Position numbers and translations under genes: made by a program. Below, one piece after another: positions 54,625 to 64,000 of a stretch of DNA of 64,000 nt; position 1 is the stretch's first letter; each line of letters opens with the position of its first letter. The notes beneath the pieces are model-generated. The model worked only from the letters and a program-made list of their open reading frames with translations. It was not told where the DNA came from and ran no database searches. Origin of the DNA: Octopus sinensis (taxonomy: Eukaryota). The stretch covers positions 12,648,001-12,712,000 of the forward strand of contig NC_043012.1 of NCBI RefSeq assembly GCF_006345805.1, in the 5' to 3' direction.

Positions 54625-56312
54625 CTCCTTCTTTCCTTCTTTCCTGAGCGTCCAATAATACTATATTTGTTCCACGTCCTCGCGTTATTGTGTTTTTTTG
54701 TGCTTTCTTGTTTGGATTAACTATATATATATACACAAACTGATACATACAAAAACACGTACACAAAGGCATGTATAGGCGAACTAATGTATGTATATTA
54801 TATATATATGCATATATATATATATATATTATATACATACATATATATATATCAGTATAGGGTTGTGTGTGTGTGTGCGTGTGTATGTGTGTGTATATGA
54901 ATATATGTGTATATTTATCCCTAGGAAAACATCGTCTCCAGCTAGCTATCGACGCACTAACTGCGTCCTCATATTTTCGAACAAAGAACCCATACAACCA
55001 GGAAAATTCCCGTAAGCAAAATCCTAGGCCAATGCCCTGCAAACATAAACACGAAATATCAAATCATCTCTCTCTGTCAATGCATCGGAAACACGTCAAC
55101 CCAATTCCGTTTAAATAAAGAAAGCCTGCCTATTAAAAAATATGAACCACTGCTGTATATCCTTTAGAAAGAAAAGAAAATACTAAAGAGAAAAAGGCAA
55201 TAACACTGCAAAAATACACAATATCTCCACAAAAAAACCCCAGATAGTAACAGACATAATTTAAAAAGCCTTCGTAGTATTCTTCTACGCGGGTTTCGAA
55301 ACAGCAACTCCAAATCACCATACAGTAACACCATACAAATATCAGTTTTTCACGTCGCCCAACACTAGATCAATGAACTTTTACGTCCGATGAAAGCCGA
55401 ATTTCAGCAAATACAACAAAATAACCTTTTAAGAGAATCAACCAACTATACCGGTTGATGACCATTCCCCACTCGGAACGATAAACTTGAACACAAGAAA
55501 TACTAGACATCACCAGGACTTTAACTACAAAAATCAGACCCGTTTTAACCACATCATAGATATATGGTTCTGCTCTAAACGCCATTGTGTTGAGATTTTC
55601 TGCTGAATCTCAAATTTGAGGGGACCTAAACTAATCAACACCTCTTTGGGAGAGAATCCACAACCACAAATCATGCATACCAATACGATGGGATTGCATT
55701 CCGTTTCGTTCGCCCAGTAATTTATGGATGTTATACACAAAATAAATGAGAATTCTTTTCGTTTTTTTTTAACTGAAGCGCAAGCGGTATTCGGTAGTTT
55801 ACCACTAGAGATATTAAATGATGTTTTAAACAACAATAAGATGAGCTTCTAATGTTGAATTATCGGTGTAACTTTAAAGCCAAAGAATATAATATTTTAT
55901 AAAATAGAACACCGTGGAGCCATTTTATTAGGAAAATATATAGATCTTGCCGAAATGAATTTAGTTCAAGATGTCTATTATTGATCAGATTGAAGGAATA
56001 ATTGCCCGATATTAATGATAATGGAAACAACGATAATAGTAAAAATAGGCATGCAATATTTGTTTTATTTCAGTGTGTTAGGTGTCTCTTAGGAAACAGT
56101 AGTTTCAGATATGTCGTTCTCGTAGAATTATTTAGAAGAGATACCTGTTTAAATGGTATCTAAGAAATCGCTAGGGAGCTAAGAATCGACTCTTCCTGTA
56201 TACTTTTAATGTAAAGCTAATGTCATTTGATATTTATTTCAGATACCAAATTTATTTCCTTAATGAGACAGCACAAGTATATATATATATATATATATTA
56301 TTATATAATATA

Positions 56313-56386
<74 letters not shown>

Positions 56387-56883
56387 AGTATGTATGTATG
56401 TATATGAATATATATATATATATATGTATATGAATATATTTTTTTTTTTTATGTATGTATGTATGTGTGTATACACATACAAATACACACACATTGCACT
56501 GTGACAAACGCATATTCACACAGTGTATATATAGAAACATATGTATAGGACAATAATTCATGCAAGCTAAACTACACTAACGTATATATGTACGCTTACA
56601 TAAAGCCTACCTCAGTTCCGACAACACATACACACTACTATGCATAGACATTATTCAACTCATTTCCCTCTTCACATATCATAACGTCCCCTCCCCCCAA
56701 TACATTCCCACTGTACACAGACAAGCACAGAACGCTGCTCAGCATTCACACCGCACAACACACAAAACTATATCTACACACACGCAACATGTATAGAGAA
56801 ACTTCACCCACAAACATACACTGTACACCTGATTGTTCCTACATACGTCTTCGTCTTTTGTATTCTGTGAATTTGATCTGTAT

Positions 56884-56917
<34 letters not shown>

Positions 56918-56918
<1 letters not shown>

Positions 56919-57772
56919 ACAGAAATCTTGAAATAGAATAAATCTTGAAATAGAATAAATTACAAAGCATCTATTTTATAAGACAGTACAGTAGAAACAT
57001 ATCTATAAAACAAAGTACTCTATACTAGAATCGTTCTATTATGTTCGATCAAATAGTGGCAGAGTAGCATTGTTTGCAATTTACATTGTTCGTTCTCTTA
57101 GAAATATTAGAAAACGTCGCTTTAAATGGTATATAACTTTTCGTGCGTACTGGAATGTGCTTGTGCTTTCAGATGAAAAAATAAAAATGAAGGCTTGTTC
57201 ATTTCATTCACAAATTTCGTATAGAGATGATCAGACAGAGATGATGTTCTCATAGGTTAGTAATCTTAATTTGAATTTGTCATAAATCTCTGTGTCTATG
57301 TGTGTGTATAAGTTAGTGTGTGTGCGCGTGTGCGTACATTTGTATGTGGATAAATAGATATATTTCGGTACGGTACATCACCCATCGACCTCAGTACATT
57401 CTTGTGACAGGTTCTTTTACTAGCAATCTCTGTTGACCAAGTGTTTTGTTACAAGGATATAAATAAGAAAATAAGACCCAATTTGAAGCGATAGCAATGA
57501 AGATCACGACCACAAAGACAACCGCATACGTACAAGCACACGCGCACGCACACGCACATACACTCAGACACATACACATAGACACACACACATATATAAA
57601 TATACAATGACTGTGAAAATTACTTGATACAGTTTTACTATAGAGAAAAGAAAAGAATGCTGTTTCGTTGCCTAGCAATTTATTACCATATTCCTTCCTT
57701 TGTACATGAAATATAACGCACACACCAGAAGTAACTTGTTGATATATATATCATACACACACACACACACAC

Positions 57773-57837
<65 letters not shown>

Positions 57838-58713
57838 GTATGTGTGTGTGTATGTGTGTGTGTGTGTGTGTGTATGTATATTATATCAACAAGTTACTTC
57901 TGTGTGTGCGTTATATTTCATGTACAAAGGAAGGAATATGGTAATAAATTGCTAGGCAACGAAACAGCATTCTTTTCTTTTCTCTATAGTAAAACTGTAT
58001 CAAGTAATTTTCACAGTCATTGTAATATTTATATATGTGTGTGTGTCTATGTGTATGTGTCTGAGTGTATGTGCGTGTGCGTGCGCGTGTGCTTGTACGT
58101 ATGCGGTTGTCTTTGTGGTCGTGATTCTTCATTGCTATCGCTTCAAATTGGGTCTTATTTTCTTATTTATATCCTTGTAACATAACACTTGGTCAACAGA
58201 GATTGCTAGTAAAAGAACCTGTCACAAGAATGTACTGAGGTCGATGGGTGATGTACTGTACCGAAATATATCTATTTATCCACATACAAACATACGCACA
58301 CGCGCACACACACTAACTTACACACACACACAGACACAGAGATTTATGACAAATTCAAATTAAGATTACTAACCTATGAAATCATCATCTCTGTCTGATC
58401 ATCTCTGTACGAAATTTGTGAATGGAATGAACAAGCCTTCATTTTTATTTTTTCATCTGAAAGCACAAGCACATTCCAGTACGCACGAAAAATTATATAC
58501 CATTTAAAGCGACGTTTTCTAATATTTCTAAGAGAACGAACAATGTAAATTGCAAACAATGCTACTCTGCCACTATTTGATCGAACATAATTAGAACGAT
58601 TCTAGTATAGAGTACTTTGTTTTATAGATATGTTTCTACTGTACTGTCTTAATAAAATAGATGCTTTGTAATTTATTCTATTTCAAGATTTATTCTATTT
58701 CAAGATTTCTGTT
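56918..58713. repeat. Giant inverted repeat, ~900-bp arms, centred on (TA)n
   Basis: ORFs 57070-57255(+) and 58374-58559(-) are near-identical; both ends carry the duplicated aatcttgaaatagaataa motif. Confidence 0.95.
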
Positions 58714-59712
58714 ATTGTCCAAATGAAGATGAATTTATTTCACTAGAAGCATTGAAAACGTTATATTTCATGTTAAGCTTATATATAGTCATAATTTCTC
58801 TGGCTTGTTTTAATTAGCGGTTCATGACAGAGTAATGAAGATTGGACAGACAGTATATAAATAAACACCGATGCATTTACATACAATTAACACATAATTC
58901 ACATATAAATCCACACTCTTACATTTACAGATACACATACACTTCAAATAGAGTCACACAAGCACACAAAAAGATCAAACATACACGAAATTTGAGAATA
59001 GTGAAAAAAAACCTGTTTTCATTTCATGCAAATTTGTAATTATAAATGTTTGTATTTTGACAGTTTGAATCTAATTAACACCATTGTATCTTATATGGAG
59101 ATGGTGTCCTAGTGTTGAGTAAGGTTTTGAGAGTCATAATTACCTTTTAATTATATTGAACTAACCTTATAAATATACACGACTGATATTTTATTCTTAG
59201 ATTCCTTGGCACAATAAGGATGTAATTTTAAGCAGTATATATTTGTTATTTCCCATTCAGCAAGACTGTTATTTGAGAAGATTTCTGTTTCTTACTAGAC
59301 ACAGACTTTTAAATCTGAAAAATTTTAAGATCCAGAGAAATAGTTATTGTCGTCGCTGTTTGTATTTACCATGCTAAGATTTTATAAATTTCTTTTTCAG
59401 TCTTGTCAGTAAAAGAAGTCTTCAAATGAACTCAATTAGACAATACGAATGCATTTCCCTAATAAGATGGTACCATAGTTATTTAGCAAGAAAAGAAAAT
59501 ATTGTTTGGCCACAATGATAAAAGAATGCTGAGTTAGAGATCTAGTTAAACCTTGTTTACAATATCTACTTATAATCGTCGTGTTGTTACTAGAATGTCG
59601 ATTCATATGGGTTGCTATGTCCTATTACAGATGGCATCTGTCTATTTTTAAGATAACGAAACTGACACATTGTTATTGTACGTACATACATAGATACATA
59701 GAGTATGTATAC

Positions 59713-59812
59713 ACACACGCGCACACCTACACACGCGCACACCTACACACGCGCACACCTACACACGCGCACACCTACACACGCGCACACCTACACACGC
59801 GCACACCTACAC
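59713..59812 (+). repeat. 16-bp minisatellite acacgcgcacacctac x ~6
   Basis: Direct reading. Confidence 0.9.
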
Positions 59813-59991
59813 ACTTACACATCTAGGCACAGGAACAAACATATACATATGAATTTATGTATAAAATATATACAGATATTTTCTAAGTACTTATGCATGT
59901 ATGAATTGATGCTTATATATTTGGCTGTATATACATATATGCATACATAAATACATACACACACGCTCACACACACAAATAGACACATACA

Positions 59992-60029
<38 letters not shown>

Positions 60030-60032
<3 letters not shown>

Positions 60033-60347
60033 CTGTTGTGTCTGGTGAGAGCCATTTTCTTTTTGTGCCTTATAATGTGACCCACTCACCGGTAAGATTT
60101 CCACTTTTTTCTTATCTTTATTTTCCTAAAAGTTTCCTAAAATTTTCAATAGTCATGACTATTGAAAAGGTTGCAAGACGCAACGAAAGTTTTAGGAAAA
60201 TAAAAATAAGAAAAAAGTGGAAATTTTACCGGTGAGTATGTTACATTATAAGGCACAAAAAGAAAATGACTCTCCCGAGGCACAACAGAATATGCTTCAA
60301 CACACGAACTCATATATAGAATCTTGCAAACCAAATCCAAAAACGAA
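60030..60347. mobile_element. Fold-back repeat family copy with hammerhead-like centre
   Basis: Arms 60030-60155 / 60156-60290 are inverted; TTGAAAA-G-GTTGC-AAGAC-GCAAC-GAAA at 60162-60188. Confidence 0.7.
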
Positions 60348-60373
60348 ATATATATATATATATATATATATAT

Positions 60374-60712
60374 TTAGTGAGGGAAGAAATGGAGCTGAAC
60401 GAAGATTTTACAAAATTCCTTTTTATTATTTTCTATACTGTTTCAAAGGCTGCAAAGTCCCTAATTCGGATTGAATAAGAGCCATTTTGCAGCTTTCTCT
60501 TTCAGGAAAATCTAGGAACTTAAATCTCCAACAAAATGCGCAGCAAGCTTTTCGACCAGATTTAAGTTCCTGGATTTCCTGAAGGAAAGCTGCAAAATGG
60601 TCTCCTTATTCAATCCGAATTAGGGACTTTGCAGCCTTTGAAACATATGTAGAAAATAATAAAAAGGAATTTTGTAAAATCTTCGTTCAGCTCCATTTCT
60701 TCCCTCACTAAG
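60374..60712. repeat. Fold-back element, ~154-bp arms, 30-nt spacer, hammerhead motif in each arm
   Basis: 60374-60527 is the reverse complement of 60558-60712 with few differences. Confidence 0.95.
60572..60657 (+). ncRNA. Type I hammerhead ribozyme motif (slightly degenerate)
   Basis: CTGAAGG 60579-60585; stem II aaagctgcaaa/tttgcagccttt; GAAA 60640-60643; palindromic stem III ACATATGT; GUA site; stem I tttc/gaaa. Confidence 0.7.
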
Positions 60713-60867
60713 TATATAAAAGTTCAAATTTCCGCACTAAGGCACGGGTTTGAGACCCCATGGTCGTAACCTCAACCGTGATTTTTCTGTTGTGATTTTT
60801 GCTACCCAGGTATCGGTTATAATTTGAATAATCCGTAACAAGATAATTTCATTTATCCATTTCAATA

Positions 60868-60901
<34 letters not shown>

Positions 60902-61156
60902 CATATTTGTCAATATGTACTTAAAGATATATGCGCATCTAAAATCAGGCAAGCTCAAGAAGCATAAAATTTCGAATTTTCATCCAAGGGATGTACACGC
61001 CACAAGAAATTTATTAAAAATTCACATTAATAACGAAGTTTCTTTCTAAATTTCATATTTCATATTGTCATTTCATAAACAATAGAAAAACGTACATGCT
61101 ATGACTTGTCATCGCTTTATTCAAGCACACACTTAGGCACATGCACGTACGAACCC

Positions 61157-61196
<40 letters not shown>

Positions 61197-61269
61197 CACA
61201 CACTCACACAAATACGTACAGACACATACATATACATATACTTAAAAAGGCAGTTTATGGAGGACAACC

Positions 61270-61483
61270 TGACTATGCCAAATGGATATCTACGTGAGGA
61301 AATTTCTCAATATATTTTTTAGCGGAAATGTATAATGGCATAGCTGTGGTGTAAGAAGCTTGCTTCCGAACCAAATGCTTCCAGTTTCAGTTCCACTTTG
61401 TGGTACCTTGTATATTTTACTATAGTCTCGAGCCGATCAAAGCCTTAGAGATGGATTTGTTAGACAGAAGCTGAAAGAAGCCC

Positions 61484-61490
<7 letters not shown>
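61270..61490 (+). mobile_element. Degenerate 5' part of a 12036-family SINE
   Basis: tagctgtggtgtaagaagcttgcttcc..gtttcagttccact..atggatttgttagacagaagctgaaagaagcccg. Confidence 0.7.
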
Positions 61491-61526
<36 letters not shown>

Positions 61527-63018
61527 TTCTTTACTACCTACAAGGGGCTAAACACAGAGGGGACAAACAAGGACAGGCAAACGGATTAAGTCGATTAATA
61601 CTTAATTCATCGAACCCGAAATGATGAAAAGCAAAGTCGAGCTCGGCGGAATTTGAACCCAGAACGTTCTCTCTTCGTGTATTTTGATGAAGAAAATAGA
61701 TTTCTCATCTTCCGCCATAAAGAAGGTTGGTATAATACGATGTTTGTATAAATTAAGTTAGTGTGAGTACATACTTTTTAAAAACGTATGTCCTATCAAT
61801 ATGAACAATTTTCTACAGAAACAAAGCTCGTCCGTCCTAATTCTGGCTAAAGATCATAGATAAGGAAATTTATACATGCTATGCATACATTCGTTGTTCT
61901 GTTTCGCAATTAATTCTAAAAGTATATATTTGATGGTCCGTTTATTTCTCGGAAAACATCTTCCAGCGTTTTGAATTTACAATTAGTAACGTACTATTGT
62001 ACATAAATGCACTAATGGCTATCAATGAGACAAAAATGTATCATGCCCCATACTGTTATTCCTTCCAATTAATTTTGCAACAAATAGTGAAAGTGTATTC
62101 AGCAATTAACTCTTCTACCCATTTTAGATTCCCCAATAAAAGTTGATTTAAACGTCAATTGAGCGGGATATTTAGCGAGAAAGGTGCCCTAATATTATTT
62201 AAGGTAGTATGGAGGAATATCATAACATCAGAAATGTTTCCTATATATTGCGATAGATATTTGTACTTCAAGAATATCATCGCATATTGTTATAGCAACA
62301 GCACGTCTCTTCTGGAATTTTAGAGCAGTTGCTAATGACACATAATAAATTTTCGAAGATAAAAATTGCATAATGACAAAATTGATATATTTCAGTTTCT
62401 TGCTGGGACGTGCAGTATGTGTATGTATACATCCATCCATTCTGCCATCCATCCATCCATCCATCCATCAAAGAAACAGAAAGAACATAGCTCTGAAAAA
62501 GGCTATTGAAGAGGTGGCAAGACGCTAAGAAAGTTTTAGTAGAATATGGAGGTCTATTTTTGTAGTCATATTGTCTCAAATAAATGTTTAGTCTCTCTGC
62601 AACGCTTCCAGATGTCTCACCTATGTATAACTTGTTATAGTCTTTGCAAGACGCAACAATAATTTTAGAAAGGAGAAATACATAAATGAGTGGAAATCAA
62701 ATCCGGTGAGTGTGTTACGCAATGCCATCAACATTGAGAGACTCTTCCCAGACACAATAGAATATGCTTCAACACACAAATTGGAACCTCCTGCGCTATC
62801 GAAGGATCAATCCTTAATCAGTCTGGTGCCTTTCATTAGTTCCTGTAACAGTGTTTAGTAGAGTAAATTACATCTGGAATAACCCAAGGTGACAACTCAA
62901 ATTATTAAATACTCAGAGAACTAAATGTATAGTAATCATATACGAAACTTACAATAATGTGGGGGGCATAAAAATTCTTCTCTTAAAATTACGGAGTACA
63001 ACTCGTATACACACTCAA

Positions 63019-63061
<43 letters not shown>

Positions 63062-63476
63062 CAAACACACACACATACACACATGATCACAAATACATAG
63101 ACATACATCATCAAATTTTTAAATTGTTGGAAAAGTTATTCGGACTTTTCCAATGCGATTGTGCAAAATAAGAAAGCCTATAAAAAAAAATAAAAAAGTT
63201 TTGGATTCATAAAGTAACGTTATGTATTGCAGTTTTATGCAGAATTGAGGCTTACGATAAGAAAGTCTGCTGTGAATTCTTAACAGCTGGAAATATATAT
63301 ACATTTTTTTTACTATCTCTGTCTCGAATTGCTTCTTTCAATTTATACGTATGTGTCCGTTCATATGTGTGCATACATGTATGCATGCATGTATGTATTG
63401 CATGTATGTATATATGTATGCATGTGTTAGATATACATATATACATATATATAGATATAGTTTTATATATACATGC

Positions 63477-63512
<36 letters not shown>

Positions 63513-63883
63513 GCATGTATACATATATATATGTAAAACTATATATGAATATGCAATATGTATATCGATGAATGTAGGTGTGTATGCGGTGTGTGTGTGT
63601 ATGTGTGCGCAAGGACGTGTGCGTGTGAATATATTTGTGAATACGAATATATTTGTTACTGCGTGTCCATTCATAGAGATGACGAAATAAAAATATGAAA
63701 ATCTGCAAGAAGGTTTATGCAACTGAATCTACACATATTTCCCCGTCTCCCTCTATTTATACAAATAAACCATTGCATTTTTATGTATCCCATCGTCACA
63801 AATAATCACCCACACAACCCCCGTGCCTCTATATATATGTTGGTATGCACAAATCTTACAAATTGTATAATTGAAGCATATAT

Positions 63884-63917
<34 letters not shown>

Positions 63918-64000
63918 GAGAGACAGAGAGAGAGAGAGAAGATGGATAGATAGATAGATATAGATATAGATATATATATATAATATATGGATATTAGATA

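Noticed and set aside
55120-55830. Coding-like block, possibly a retroelement ORF remnant
   Set aside because: Multiple stops and no recognisable motif; family cannot be supported

Overview
AT-rich, microsatellite-saturated eukaryotic DNA. The SINE families and repeat landscape suggest an octopus/cephalopod genome (inference). Most listed ORFs are translations of simple repeats. The window is dominated by decayed transposons: tRNA-derived SINEs, CR1/L2, RTE, Tx1, an R4/Dong LINE in (TAA)n, a Penelope GIY-YIG fragment, four mariner remnants plus a maT-like one, a piggyBac derivative and a Helitron-like element. One probable host gene lies on the minus strand (exons 21166-20958 and 16841-16596) and encodes an unidentified Cys-rich, sequon-rich secreted-type protein. 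The most striking signal is a set of fold-back (inverted-repeat) elements whose arms carry type I hammerhead ribozyme motifs (8.8 kb, 45.9/46.8 kb, 60.5 kb, plus a U3-A8 variant family). These are probably non-autonomous Penelope-like derivatives. There are also two giant palindromes (1.1 and 1.8 kb) centred on AT microsatellites and a SINE-derived satellite with dimeric higher-order structure. All folding and alignment was done by eye.
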